Shown: positions 1-9,636 of the stretch, in pieces
Numbering within the stretch: the first letter of the stretch is position 1
Layout: each line of letters starts with the position of its first letter
Origin: a virus
Taxonomy: Duplodnaviria; Caudoviricetes
Virus record (IMG/VR): IMGVR_UViG_3300045256_000273
Span: 1-57,658 of that record
Strand: one strand, 5' to 3'
DNA length: 57,658 nt
Notes under the pieces: model-generated
What the model saw: the letters and a program-made list of their open reading frames with translations, nothing else
Databases searched by the model: none
What the model was told of the DNA's origin: nothing
Translations under genes and position numbers: made by a program

Positions 1-38
1 AGCGGCGGCCGAGCGGAAGGCTCGGCCGCCGCGCCCGT

Positions 39-914
39 TTACTCGGCGGGAGTCCGATTCAGGATGTAGTCGGAGGCCTTTTGCGCCTGGGCTGCTGCCT
101 GAACGATCAATCTGCGATCGTCGCGCAGGCGCTGAAGCCAGCCGGCAACGTAAGCCGCCTGATTGTGGATGACTGCGTTCGAGATTCCGGTCTCGCCGCA
201 GAGAAACGCGGCTGAAAGCTCCGCGACAAGCTCCTCGCGGCTGTAAACTGCGCTGCCGAACGGCGCCACTTCGGTTATCCCTTCCCGTCCAAGGCGCTTT
301 TCGTGGCCGGTCGAATGACTCAGTTCGTGCAGCGTGGTCGCCGCGTCCTCGGCGGCCGACTCGAACAGTTCTCTCGGCGGCAGCGTAACGCGATCGGTGA
401 TCGGCGAGTAGTAGGCTTCCGAGCCGGCGCGCACGATCTCGGGCGGCTTCGGCATTCCGGCGATAATCTTCTCCACCGTTTCGATCGGATCATGCTGATG
501 AATCTCGATCTTCGGCAGCTTATCGAGCACGGCTTGCGGCAGGTCGCATTGTTCGAGGTTCCATACCCGATAGAACCTGAGCACGAACCGGCGGCGGTTC
601 TTTTCCTCCTTCGGCTCGGCGTCGAAGTCTTCGGTGTCGCTCTGTTCAGCGTCGTCTATCTTCCAAAACGTGACGATCGTGCTCTCCTCGCCTTTCCGGA
701 TCGATCCGCCAAGCTGGTTTGCCTGGCGCATCGTGAGCCAGAACGGCGACACGAATTTTGACGCCGAAAGCAGAAAGTGGTTGATGCCTCGATACGGCTT
801 CTTACTAACCAGATTGCGGGGCAATCCCGTTGAGGTCCACGGCCGGCGCCACGGCACCACGCCGCTTTCGAGCAGATTGATGATCTTCTCCGTCACAATC
901 GCGTAAACGTCCAT
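39..914 (-). CDS. ardC: ArdC-family antirestriction/ssDNA-binding protein with zincin-like domain
   Basis: N-terminal VVPWRRPW..PRNLVSKKPYRGIN and WLTMRQANQLGGSIRKGE motifs; HELSH and YSREELVAEL metallopeptidase-like motifs. Confidence 0.9.
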   Translation of the reverse strand: MDVYAIVTEKIINLLESGVVPWRRPWTSTGLPRNLVSKKPYRGINHFLLSASKFVSPFWLTMRQANQLGGSIRKGEESTIVTFWKIDDAEQSDTEDFDAEPKEEKNRRRFVLRFYRVWNLEQCDLPQAVLDKLPKIEIHQHDPIETVEKIIAGMPKPPEIVRAGSEAYYSPITDRVTLPPRELFESAAEDAATTLHELSHSTGHEKRLGREGITEVAPFGSAVYSREELVAELSAAFLCGETGISNAVIHNQAAYVAGWLQRLRDDRRLIVQAAAQAQKASDYILNRTPAE

Positions 915-932
915 CGTCCCATGCCTCCTCAC

Positions 933-1142
933 TCAGTAGCCGTCTTCGTCGATCCGATGGGCGGCGAAGTCGCGCGCCGCTTCCTCGCCGTGGCCGCATC
1001 GGTAGCCGTAGAGGCTTCGATCTTCGGGGTAGTAGAACGCGCGTTCGCCCGGAATTATCGGCGCACCACAGCCGGACTTGGCGCATTTGGCCGGATACCT
1101 GGCGATAATCCACTTGGGGTCGCATTTGAACCTGCGTCGCAT
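933..1142 (-). CDS. small Cys-containing hypothetical protein
   Basis: ATG at 1142 preceded by GAGGAGG; co-oriented with ardC. Confidence 0.6.
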   Translation of the reverse strand: MRRRFKCDPKWIIARYPAKCAKSGCGAPIIPGERAFYYPEDRSLYGYRCGHGEEAARDFAAHRIDEDGY

Positions 1143-1518
1143 CGTTGATCCTCCTCTGGCTTCGCCCGCTTCCGCGTACGCGGCAGGGCGCTTTGGTTCG
1201 TAAAACCCGAACCTTTCTTTCCCCCTCGGCCCTTCACCCCTGTTTGAGGGCGAGGGAGGAAAGAGACCCGGCTGCGGAGCGACCAATGAGCGAGGCGCAG
1301 CGATTCAAGGCCGCCGTGACAGAGCGCAGCGGTCCGAAGGACTGGCGCGGTGGTCTTGAGCTGAGCCGCGCAAGGCGGGGTCGGGCGGCGACTGATCATC
1401 CGCGCCGCAACAAAAGGCGGGAGAAATCGGAGACGTCAGGGAGAGGACCTCGGGCTAGACGAGGGGATGACCTAAGATGTAAGTTGTCATTGTAAGGAAA
1501 TACTGGAAGGGTAAGGAA

Positions 1519-1758
1519 ATGACGGCTTCCACGATCACGAGCAAAGGGCAGACGACGATACCTGGCGAGATCCGGCGGCATTTGAAACTCAAGGCGGGCG
1601 ACAGGGTCGAATTTGTCGTCGAAGCGGATGGCAAGGTGGTTCTGGTGCCCGCGACGGTAGACGTGCGCGAGTTGAAGGGGCTTCTGGCTCCAGCTCCCCG
1701 GCGGGTTTCGCTCGAAGAGATGGAGGCGGCCATCCGCAAGCGCGCGAGACGACAATGA
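1519..1758 (+). CDS. AbrB/MazE/SpoVT-family antitoxin
   Basis: STITSKGQTTIPGEIRRHLKLKAGDRVEF signature; overlaps the PIN gene by ATGA. Confidence 0.9.
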   Translation: MTASTITSKGQTTIPGEIRRHLKLKAGDRVEFVVEADGKVVLVPATVDVRELKGLLAPAPRRVSLEEMEAAIRKRARRQ

Positions 1759-2147
1759 CGGGAATCGACACGAACGTACTCATCCGATATCTCGTGGAAG
1801 ACGATCCCGAGCAGGCGAGAAAGGCCACGCGGTTTATCACCAACGAGTGCTCGTCGGAGGATCCTGGATTCATCAACCGAATCGTTCTCTGCGAGCTGGT
1901 CTGGGTTCTAGAGACCGCCTACGGCTATGCGCGCGAGAACGTGGCGCTTGCGCTGGAGAAGATTCTTCGCACGACGCAGTTCAAGATCGAGGACCATCAG
2001 GAAGTGTGGTCGTCGTTCCGCGAGTATCAGAATGGCGCCGATTTCGCCGATTCCTTCATCGCCGCCGTTAATCGTCGTCACGGATGCGAGCGAACCGCGA
2101 CGTTCGACCGGAAAGCCGGCCGGCGTTCTGGGTTTTCCGCTCTATGA
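1755..2147 (+). CDS. vapC: PIN-domain (VapC-family) toxin
   Basis: GIDTNVLIRY, CELVWVL, ADFADSFI and TFDRK motifs. Confidence 0.9.
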   Translation: MTGIDTNVLIRYLVEDDPEQARKATRFITNECSSEDPGFINRIVLCELVWVLETAYGYARENVALALEKILRTTQFKIEDHQEVWSSFREYQNGADFADSFIAAVNRRHGCERTATFDRKAGRRSGFSAL

Positions 2148-2189
2148 GAGCGATCCGATACGACCGAATTGACGCAAGGACGGTTCAGT

Positions 2190-2573
2190 ATGGAGATTAA
2201 GCCCATTCGCAATGACGCGGACCACGGGGCGGCGCTGCGTGAGATCGAACGGCTGTGGGGCGCAAAAGAAGGGACGCCGGAGGGAGATCGTCTCGATGTG
2301 CTGACGACGCTGGTAGAGGCCTACGAGGATAAGCATTTTCCGATGGACGCGCCGGACCCGATCGAGGCGATCAAGTTCCGACTCGGGCAGCAGGGACTGG
2401 ATCATCGCGCGCTGGTCGGTGTGATCGGGGGTCGGAGCCGCATTTACGAGGTGATGCACCGCAAGCGGCGTCTATCGCTTGAGATGATCCGACGGCTCAA
2501 CCAGCGCTTCGGGATTCCGGCCGAGGTCCTCATCCGCCCGATTCAGGCCACGCGTCGGCGACGCGCCGCATAG
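2190..2573 (+). CDS. higA: HigA-like HTH antitoxin, no adjacent HigB
   Basis: IKPIRNDADH..LDVLTTLVEAYE..DPIEAIKFRL..LSLEMIRRL. Confidence 0.85.
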   Translation: MEIKPIRNDADHGAALREIERLWGAKEGTPEGDRLDVLTTLVEAYEDKHFPMDAPDPIEAIKFRLGQQGLDHRALVGVIGGRSRIYEVMHRKRRLSLEMIRRLNQRFGIPAEVLIRPIQATRRRRAA

Positions 2574-2729
2574 AAGCGCTGGTCCACCAATGAAAGCTGC
2601 CCACTGGACGTTTAAGGGCGCGATCCCATCAGACAAGGGAGCTAAATGGGTAATTGTGCTAGATTGGCGATGGTGAGCGAGGCGGGGAGCCTTGTCGAAC
2701 GATAATCAACCGATAGCCGGGGCGAGGTT

Positions 2730-2922
2730 TTGTCAGGCGCGCTGTTCGGCGAGCCGATGCGCGTCGTTACCGTCGCTCCGGTCAATTCGGACACCTAGGA
2801 GCTCGGGCTGGTCGGCGTGTTAGAGAAGACCGGCGGCAGCCGTGGGGGCCGCCGCGCTTACTACGTGATGCCTGATCCTGAAGGCGTCAAGAGGGCCTTG
2901 CGAGAGTCGGGAATTCTTTGAT
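2730..2922 (+). pseudogene. fused gene remnants (SNF2-helicase-like N-terminus joined to another gene's C-terminus)
   Basis: reads LSGALFGEPMRVVTV..stop..ELGLVG and, in another frame, GGSRGGRRAYYVMPDPEGVKRALRE; family assignment is from recall and weak. Confidence 0.3.
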
Positions 2923-2994
2923 GAGGAGGGACTTCCCTCGCGAACTGGCGTGAGAGGATCGTGGTCCCGGCTAATACAGAGGGAGATTGGACAA

Positions 2995-4176
2995 ATGGCG
3001 CTCTCACCTGAGTCACAGAAACGCTACGACCTCATCAAAGCGATCGAAGCCGAGCGCGGAAGTAAGGTCATTACCTATTTTCTGGGAGACAGACAAAGTC
3101 CGCAGATGCCTCTATTGGCGCAGATTGCTGAGGATGCTGTTCGTCCAATTTATGATCATTTGCGAGCGCTTCCTAAAGCCTCGAAGGTCGATCTTTTTCT
3201 CTACTCTGTTGGTGGTCTAACAGAGGTCCCGTGGCGAATCGTAACGATGATCCGAGAATTTGCAGAAGAGTTCTCAGTCCTGGTTCCCTATAAGGCGGCC
3301 AGCGCTGCAACGATGATCGCGATCGGTGCCGACAAGATCGTGATGGGGCGGAAGGGTGAATTGGGACCGATAGACCCGCAACTACAAGTTCGCCGGAAGG
3401 GCGAAGGCGGCACTGTCGTTCAGGAACAGATCGCAGTGGAAGACATCATTTCGTATTTTCGCTTTGCGCGAGAGAAAGCAGGCTTATCGGACCAGTCGGC
3501 GCTTGTAGCGCCGTTCTCGGCGCTAACGGGCAAACTCGATCAGCCTTGGATACTCGGCGGGATCAATCGGATACATGCGCATATTCGGTCGGTTGCTCGA
3601 AAATTGCTGACGGCAAGAAAGCAGCCGCCGGATGAGCAGCGCATACAGGTGATAATCGACAGCTTGGCGGAAAAAACCTATCAACATGGCCACGCCATCG
3701 GTGCGAAGGAGGCAGAAGAGGTCGGTTTAAATGTCGCACGCCCAAGTGATGCTCTGGAGAAGATAATGTGGGACTTGTTCGAGTGCTACGAGTCCCTCAC
3801 TCGGTTGCGAGAGCCTTTTGATGCAAACACATACATACCGGATGGACAGGACGAGCGCACAGATCAGCTCGTCATGGGATGCATAGAGTCCGTGCTTCTG
3901 TCACATCATTTCAAGGCTGATCTGTATGGCCGCCACAAACGCCAGACGCCTCCCCAGCTCAATCTTACGCTTAACTTGAACTTGCAACTGCCGCCGACTA
4001 TTCAACCTCAACAACTGCCGGCAGGCGTTCAGCAGGCGGCGCAGCAGCTGCTCCAGCAGGTTCAACAACAGATTCAGACACTGATTCAACAGGAGCTGCA
4101 GAAGCAATCGCCGATCGTCGGCTTCGAGGGCCGACTACAGGGCGCGGCGTGGAGTAAAATGACGGACTGGCCGTAG
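2995..4176 (+). CDS. SDH-family Clp-fold serine protease with Gln-rich C-terminal segment
   Basis: DLFLYSVGG, KAASAATMIAIGAD (Ser), LGPIDPQ (Asp), YQHGHAI (His). Confidence 0.85.
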   Translation: MALSPESQKRYDLIKAIEAERGSKVITYFLGDRQSPQMPLLAQIAEDAVRPIYDHLRALPKASKVDLFLYSVGGLTEVPWRIVTMIREFAEEFSVLVPYKAASAATMIAIGADKIVMGRKGELGPIDPQLQVRRKGEGGTVVQEQIAVEDIISYFRFAREKAGLSDQSALVAPFSALTGKLDQPWILGGINRIHAHIRSVARKLLTARKQPPDEQRIQVIIDSLAEKTYQHGHAIGAKEAEEVGLNVARPSDALEKIMWDLFECYESLTRLREPFDANTYIPDGQDERTDQLVMGCIESVLLSHHFKADLYGRHKRQTPPQLNLTLNLNLQLPPTIQPQQLPAGVQQAAQQLLQQVQQQIQTLIQQELQKQSPIVGFEGRLQGAAWSKMTDWP

Positions 4177-4311
4177 GTTAGCGCTGAGAAAAGGATGGGA
4201 AGGAGAGAATCTCCGTCTGGGCGGTTGTATTCCCATCCAAGAGTCTGATGCTGTCTAGGTCCGCGGCTTGCGGCTCGGACGGCTGGGGTGCGGCTATGAC
4301 GACAAACGCTT
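4159..4311 (+). repeat. 153-bp direct repeat, copy 1 (copy 2 at 57485-57658)
   Basis: ATGACGGACTGGCCGTAGG...GACAAACGCTT found at both positions. Confidence 0.95.
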
Positions 4312-4438
4312 CCAGCGTTCCAAACGGCACTATGCGGAGTTGAGCGCTGCCCGGCTTCTGATTCATGATGGTTCGCCCCTTTTATTTCTTACATCGTACG
4401 GGAATCTGTCAAGCAAAAGCAAATCCTGTGAGTTCTCC

Positions 4439-4690
4439 TCAAATCCCCACACGCTCGACTTCATCTAGCGTCACTTCGTCGGAGCGGCGGTCGTAAGGTT
4501 GCGTCGTGCGGGTGCTCGAATGGTTGGCCATGGCGGCGGCCTTCTCCAGCGGGCCGCCGTTCTCAAGATAGGCGGTGATGCCGGTGGCCCGGAACGAGTG
4601 GTTGCAGACTTTAGTTGCGAGTCCGGCCTGGCGCGCGCGTCCGCGAACCATGGCCCAGGCGTTGGCCTGGGGCAGGGGAGTTCGGGTCAG
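4439..4690 (-). pseudogene. C-terminal fragment of a tyrosine recombinase
   Basis: CNHSFRATGITAYLENGG..MANHSSTRTTQPYDRR; N-terminal part missing where phage DNA begins. Confidence 0.85.
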
Positions 4691-4936
4691 GGGCTTCGTT
4701 CTGCGCCCTCGCCCAACGACTTGCGGGCTTACGACAAGATGCTTGAACGATTATCGAGCGCAACGTTCCAAGCTTGATGTCGTCATTGAAGCGCGCGAGC
4801 AGAACCAACTACACAGCCAGAGCGCGCGAGCCTATGTATTACAGGGCGCTCGCCTCGTAAGCCTGGGTGGGCAACAGAGCGCTCGCCTTGGCGTTCCCGC
4901 CCGCGGACGCGCGACGAAAAAACCTCGCTCGGGGTA

Positions 4937-4965
4937 TTGACAAATATCCATCAATACGATATCGT
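4937..4965 (+). promoter_or_regulatory. sigma70-type early promoter
   Basis: TTGACA-17nt-TATCGT upstream of GAGGAGG and the ATG at 4995. Confidence 0.65.
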
Positions 4966-4994
4966 TTAGATATCGCATAGAGGAGGAAACGACG

Positions 4995-5189
4995 ATGGAT
5001 GAGCAAACACAATCGGTATTCGCAGCAATCGACCAGCTACCCGACGCGAGCGCAGAAGAGAAAGACGCGCTCAAGCAAATCTTCCAGGTCGAGGGTTTTG
5101 GTGGCGCCGAGGACCACGACGACCACGACGAGCTAGCACGCGAGCGCCTGGCGTGGTTGCGCCAGCAGCGCGCCGAAGGACTCCGCTAG
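4995..5189 (+). CDS. small acidic hypothetical protein
   Basis: strong SD (GAGGAGG) just downstream of the promoter. Confidence 0.7.
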   Translation: MDEQTQSVFAAIDQLPDASAEEKDALKQIFQVEGFGGAEDHDDHDELARERLAWLRQQRAEGLR

Positions 5190-5286
5190 AAATCCTCGAC
5201 AGGGTGCGTCAATATCTCGAAGCCCGCATCCAGGCCGCCGCCGACCAGAGCGACGACGACGACTCGTCGCAGCTTAAGGATTGAAC

Positions 5287-5481
5287 ATGGCAGACGACAT
5301 CGCAAAAGACCGCGTAAAAGTCGTAGTCGAGCTCGACCGCGCGGATTACGAGGCGGCTCGGCAGAAGGCGAGGCGCGAGGACGACCGCAGCTTCCGCGCC
5401 CTGGTGCGCATGCTCATCAAGCGGTATCTGCGACGGGGCGGAAACGACGGCGCTGGCTCGGCTAGCGGTCGGCGCGGCTAG
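5287..5481 (+). CDS. putative ribbon-helix-helix DNA-binding protein
   Basis: VKVVVELDRADYEAARQKA..SFRALVRMLIKRYL strand-helix-helix pattern. Confidence 0.6.
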   Translation: MADDIAKDRVKVVVELDRADYEAARQKARREDDRSFRALVRMLIKRYLRRGGNDGAGSASGRRG

Positions 5482-5523
5482 CGACCGTCGGAATTGACCA
5501 AAATCCGTAAGGAGAAAGACACG

Positions 5524-5697
5524 ATGAAACGCCTGGCCAATTTTCTCGCCCTCTGGTCGCCCAGCCTGACCGGCATCGCGCTCGGCCTGATGCTGCTCTA
5601 CGGCACCGTCAAGCTCGGCATCCTGTTGTCTCTGGTCACGGTCGCGATCGTCTGGCGGGACAACCAGTACGGGTCGCGCAAGGAGGTCCGACGATGA
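5524..5697 (+). CDS. small membrane protein
   Basis: AAGGAG SD; two hydrophobic segments. Confidence 0.55.
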   Translation: MKRLANFLALWSPSLTGIALGLMLLYGTVKLGILLSLVTVAIVWRDNQYGSRKEVRR

Positions 5698-6080
5698 TGA
5701 CGTACGGATGGCCCGAGGAACCCCGCGAACAATGGCCGGAGGACGCGCGCTGCGCGACCTGCGGGCACGCCGACCGCTACCATTGCGCCCCCGAGCCTGA
5801 AGACCGCGAAACCGGATTGATGCTGGAGCGCTGGTTGCCGACGGGCGCGTGCTACGACTGCGAGGCCTGCATCGACAAGTTGCCGGCGGGATGGACGCGC
5901 AAGCGCTGGCTCTGCGAGAGCTGCCGCCGGACGGTCGATATTGAAGACTTCAGAATGCGCGGCGTGCGCTGGCCAGAGTGGAACGGCCCGCGCCTGGAAA
6001 TCACCCACCGCAGCTGCGGCGGCGACATTCTCGATCCGGCCGGCAAACACGCAGATGAGGAAATCGAGGAGAAGCTATGA
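5694..6080 (+). CDS. Cys-rich Zn-binding hypothetical protein
   Basis: several CxxC motifs; ATGA coupling to neighbours. Confidence 0.6.
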   Translation: MMTYGWPEEPREQWPEDARCATCGHADRYHCAPEPEDRETGLMLERWLPTGACYDCEACIDKLPAGWTRKRWLCESCRRTVDIEDFRMRGVRWPEWNGPRLEITHRSCGGDILDPAGKHADEEIEEKL

Positions 6081-6262
6081 ACATGGAGACAGGGGAAATG
6101 AACGAAATCCAGACCGAACTTCGGCTAGCCCTCATCAACGTGGCCGTCATGGCCTACCAGCGAGGCCTGACCGTCGGCTTTCGCGATGAAGCCGCCATCC
6201 TCGACGGCGCCCTTTCGCGATTCCTCGCAGAGGTCGATAATCTAGGCGAGTTAGATAATTGA
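6077..6262 (+). CDS. hypothetical protein
   Basis: ATGA overlap and GAGGAG SD. Confidence 0.55.
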   Translation: MNMETGEMNEIQTELRLALINVAVMAYQRGLTVGFRDEAAILDGALSRFLAEVDNLGELDN

Positions 6263-6545
6263 CCCGCTGAAAATTTCCTAACACCGACCACAAGACCCAA
6301 AAACCCTTAAGAATCAATAAGATAGAATATATATGTTAGATAGTTAGTTAGTTAGTCGTTTAGATAATAGAAAATCTTATTGGACGTTGTGCGACTCTTA
6401 TATATGGGGTGTGGGGCCGATTTTCTGACAGCGCGTGTGCGCGCACGTCTAATGGGTCATGTCTTATAAAAATTACCTACCTAACTAATTTTCTAACAAC
6501 CTGTAAAATCAAGGGGTTACGACGCTCGCGGTTAGGAAGCAACTA
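6263..6545. other. putative replication origin
   Basis: AT-rich noncoding gap with clustered GTTAG/CTAAC repeats in opposite orientations beside the helicase 3' end; IHF consensus AATCAAggggTTA at 6507-6519. Confidence 0.55.
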
Positions 6546-8625
6546 ACATGTCGGGTTTTATGTCGAGAAGATAGACCTGGGTACGGTCCATGATGACCCT
6601 GACCTTGTAGCTCTCGAAGCCGAAATCGTGGCCGTTGCTGGCGAGGCAGCCCTGGTCGGCAATCAATTTCGTGAGCATCCTGACGCCGACGCTCGGGCGA
6701 GTGCCGTCCACCGCCATGTGATAGACGACCGAGTGCGCCACGTCGATCGCGAGCAGATAGCGGTCCTTTTCCTCGTCGATATAGAGGCTGCACGGCCCTT
6801 GCGGGGTGTAGGTGCCAGTCTTATCGGTCGCCCAGCCCCAAACGCCAGTCGCCGGCTTTGTGCCGTGGAGGGTGCGGGCGTGCGTCCGACCGGCGAGAAG
6901 CGCTTGCGCGTACAGGTCGAAGAAGCGCGAAACGGGATTTTGGTTCGCGCGCGCCTCTTTTCCCTGCTTCTTCGCCTTCTCGAAGAAAAGCGCGTCGCAA
7001 TCCGGGATTTTGATGCCCGAGAACTCTTGCCAGACTTCGAGGGTCGCCTGAAGCTCGGCTAGCGCCAGCGCCGTCCGCGGATGAGCATTGAAACCGCGCG
7101 CGACCTCGGCCGCCTGTCGCGCGATGCGCTTACGGATTTCCGTAAGCCTCGGAGCGAGCCATTTGATCCAACCGGCCATCGCGGCGCTCAAAACGCCCGT
7201 CTCGCCCGCCTGATGCAGCGCAATGAGCCGATCCAGGTCTAGGTCGCCGCGCGCGACCTCCAAGACGACCATGCGCGCCTCGAGGCTGCTGCCCCAGACA
7301 AATTCTTCCGCAGTCGCGAGGATCATGCCGCGCGGAGCCCGCGTCGGCTTTTCGTTCGCGTCGGCCGCCAGTCGTCCGCGACCCTGCCGATTACCTTGGG
7401 CGCGGAAAAGCCGCTCCGCCGCTTGTTGGAGACTCTTGTCGAGCCCGTGCGTAGCTGGCCGGAAATCGTCGATCACTAGCAGGGCATCCTTGGCGCGAAA
7501 GGCGAGATTTTCGTTGAAATTGACTGTGGACGCCCAGTTGCCGGGCAACCGCTCGCGGTCAAATCCGGCGCCAAAATGCCGCTGCGCGACAGCCGCAAGA
7601 CTGGATTTGTAGGTGCCGGTTTCGCCGACCAAAAAAACGGAAAAATCGGCTTCGGCGAGCGCGGCCCGCCAAATGGCGGCGAAAAGCGCGACCAGCTCGG
7701 CGCGCGCGCGTCCGGCCTCGAGCAGGCCCGCCGACGTACGCAGGCATTCGCGGAGCTCCGCCCCTTCCGGCGGCACCGGCAACCGAAAATCCGACAGGCT
7801 CGGCGGAAGTTCGGCTTGGATGTCGCCGCGCAGACCGTCCGCCGCGATCCCGCCGCCGCCGTGAAGGTACACCCAGTCGCCGTCGATTTCGCGCCATCCA
7901 GTATGAGTGTAGATGGTCCGTTCGAGCATCTGGCCGGACAATCGCTCGATTGCCTCGCGGAGCCGGTCGCGAATGCCCATGCCGGCCGAAATCACAGCGC
8001 CGCCGCGCAGCCTCGCGACCCAGTTCATCGCCGGAAACTGCGCAGCCGGGATCTCGACGGTCTGCGGCGACTTCCCGTCCACCTGAACGCGGAGCGTCAG
8101 AATGCGCTCCTGGCTCAAGCCGTCGTCTTTCAGGACATCCTCGATGATGCGCGCGTTGAAATTCGCCAATACCTCCTCGACGAAGACCTCGGTACGGCCC
8201 GACTTGATGGCCTTGCGGAAAATGGTTGAGCCGTCCTTGTGGATTTCGTACGGCCCCGCGACCGTCGGTGGGGTTTCGACCGTGCGCGCAGCTTCCTTTA
8301 GCAGCGCATCGAATTTCTCGCGGAAACCGGGCGGATCGTCGAGGTAGAGCGCCGAGGGATCCTTAAATCCGCTCGGTCCCATGAACAGCGTTTCGATGCG
8401 GCCGGCAAACCCGATTTCGCGAAGGCGCGCGGAGAGCGCGGCGGGAAACTTCTGGCCGGCGACGTCGGGCTCGCTGACGATAACGATGCGGTCAAAGCCC
8501 GCGACGTGCTCCGCCGCGAGGCATTTGACGTTGGATGAGCCGGGAATGCCGAGCGCGGGATATCCGTGATGCCAGAGCGTCCAGCAATCGGATTCGCCTT
8601 CAACTAGGATCAGATACGCCGCCAT
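6532..8625 (-). CDS. primase-helicase, C-terminal part (TOPRIM plus SF3/DUF927-like helicase)
   Basis: LILVEGESD TOPRIM motif, Walker A GETGTYKS, Walker B LLVIDD; own GGAGG SD before ATG 8625. Confidence 0.85.
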   Translation of the reverse strand: MAAYLILVEGESDCWTLWHHGYPALGIPGSSNVKCLAAEHVAGFDRIVIVSEPDVAGQKFPAALSARLREIGFAGRIETLFMGPSGFKDPSALYLDDPPGFREKFDALLKEAARTVETPPTVAGPYEIHKDGSTIFRKAIKSGRTEVFVEEVLANFNARIIEDVLKDDGLSQERILTLRVQVDGKSPQTVEIPAAQFPAMNWVARLRGGAVISAGMGIRDRLREAIERLSGQMLERTIYTHTGWREIDGDWVYLHGGGGIAADGLRGDIQAELPPSLSDFRLPVPPEGAELRECLRTSAGLLEAGRARAELVALFAAIWRAALAEADFSVFLVGETGTYKSSLAAVAQRHFGAGFDRERLPGNWASTVNFNENLAFRAKDALLVIDDFRPATHGLDKSLQQAAERLFRAQGNRQGRGRLAADANEKPTRAPRGMILATAEEFVWGSSLEARMVVLEVARGDLDLDRLIALHQAGETGVLSAAMAGWIKWLAPRLTEIRKRIARQAAEVARGFNAHPRTALALAELQATLEVWQEFSGIKIPDCDALFFEKAKKQGKEARANQNPVSRFFDLYAQALLAGRTHARTLHGTKPATGVWGWATDKTGTYTPQGPCSLYIDEEKDRYLLAIDVAHSVVYHMAVDGTRPSVGVRMLTKLIADQGCLASNGHDFGFESYKVRVIMDRTQVYLLDIKPDMLVAS

Positions 8626-9145
8626 GCAACCTCCGCAGCCCCTCCGCCAACTCGACGCACGCCGCCATCCGAAGATACCGCGCGCGAACCGCCTCTGCGT
8701 CCAGCCCGGCCGCCGCACAAGCCAATTCGAACGGCACCGGCGCGGGGTCGCCCATCACCCAGCTGATCAACGACTTCCGCTCAGCAACACGCTTCGGCGG
8801 TTTTCTGCGATAGTCCCACCACGCGAGCTCCAAGACTGCCGCAAACAATTGGCTCTCAGGGCTACTCGTCGGCTCACGGCGCGGGAGCTGGCATGGCAGG
8901 ACGAACTCGCTGAATAGCCCGTCGCCATAAAGAATGTCGGTCGCCGTCGCGGTCAAGCCTTGATTTTTACCGTGATTCGTAAATCCGACACGCGGAGCCC
9001 CCGCATCAACGCGCACCCGCTTTCCGGCCGCCTCGCGCTCCGCATATTGCCTTACCCGCTTGGCGTGCATCCATTCGCGATTGTATTTGCGCAACCGCTC
9101 GCGGTTTTTCTCAAGCCACGCCCGCCTTGCTTCGCTTATCGCCAT
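8600..9145 (-). CDS. hypothetical protein inserted between the two primase parts
   Basis: intact 181-aa ORF overlapping both primase halves; C-terminus PESQLFAAVLELA..FELACAAAGLD. Confidence 0.7.
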   Translation of the reverse strand: MAISEARRAWLEKNRERLRKYNREWMHAKRVRQYAEREAAGKRVRVDAGAPRVGFTNHGKNQGLTATATDILYGDGLFSEFVLPCQLPRREPTSSPESQLFAAVLELAWWDYRRKPPKRVAERKSLISWVMGDPAPVPFELACAAAGLDAEAVRARYLRMAACVELAEGLRRLHGGVSDPS

Positions 9146-9636
9146 TCTCGCAGTCTCCACAGTCCGTAGGGAACAACCGGCACGCCCGCTGGCCCGGTCC
9201 ACGACCATCCGTCCTTGCCGAGCGATGCCCGCTTGCGCAGTCTCGCATGCTGGCTGCCGTCCTCCAGGACGTACGCGATGGCGACGCCTGAGCCGTCAGG
9301 CAGGTCGTCGACGCCCTGTTCGCGTAGCCAGTCCTCGGGCAATCCCTTCGCGATCGCCAAGTCCGCCAGCGTCAACGGTTTCGGCGGCTCCGGCTCGCGG
9401 CGCTTGCGCGCAGGCTTCGCCTCGCGCGGCGGAAACAGGTCTTTGACCTCGATGCCGACCGCAGAACAGATCGCCTCGACCGAACAACCCGCGAAACATT
9501 TAAGTACGATGCCCTTAGCGCCCTGCGCGACCGACAAGGAATTGTCGTGGTCTTCGTGTGCGGGACAGCGCGCCGTGCGCTTGTCGTCGCTGCCGCGGAC
9601 GTTGGCGAGGCGCGCGAGAAAGTCTGAAAAGGTCAC
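9136..9636 (-). CDS. primase N-terminal part (zinc-binding domain)
   Basis: ARCPAHEDHDNSLSV..LKCFAGC; ends VPYGLWRL then stop; GTGA coupling to upstream gene. Confidence 0.8.
   Translation of the reverse strand: MTFSDFLARLANVRGSDDKRTARCPAHEDHDNSLSVAQGAKGIVLKCFAGCSVEAICSAVGIEVKDLFPPREAKPARKRREPEPPKPLTLADLAIAKGLPEDWLREQGVDDLPDGSGVAIAYVLEDGSQHARLRKRASLGKDGWSWTGPAGVPVVPYGLWRLREWR

Noticed and set aside
4159-4311. attL/attR pair for the phage integrase
   Set aside because: Separated from phage DNA by an integrase remnant and an IS, not tRNA-related, and the attP-like site next to int is intact
4395-4412. further copy of the operator palindrome in the left flank
   Set aside because: Left half CGTAC deviates from the consensus and lies outside the phage; more likely a plain -35 element
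8626-9135. group I/II intron or precise excision element in the primase
   Set aside because: No intron core or end motifs recognised; the region is filled by an ORF; excision at the ATGGCG repeat is out of frame; the downstream half has its own SD
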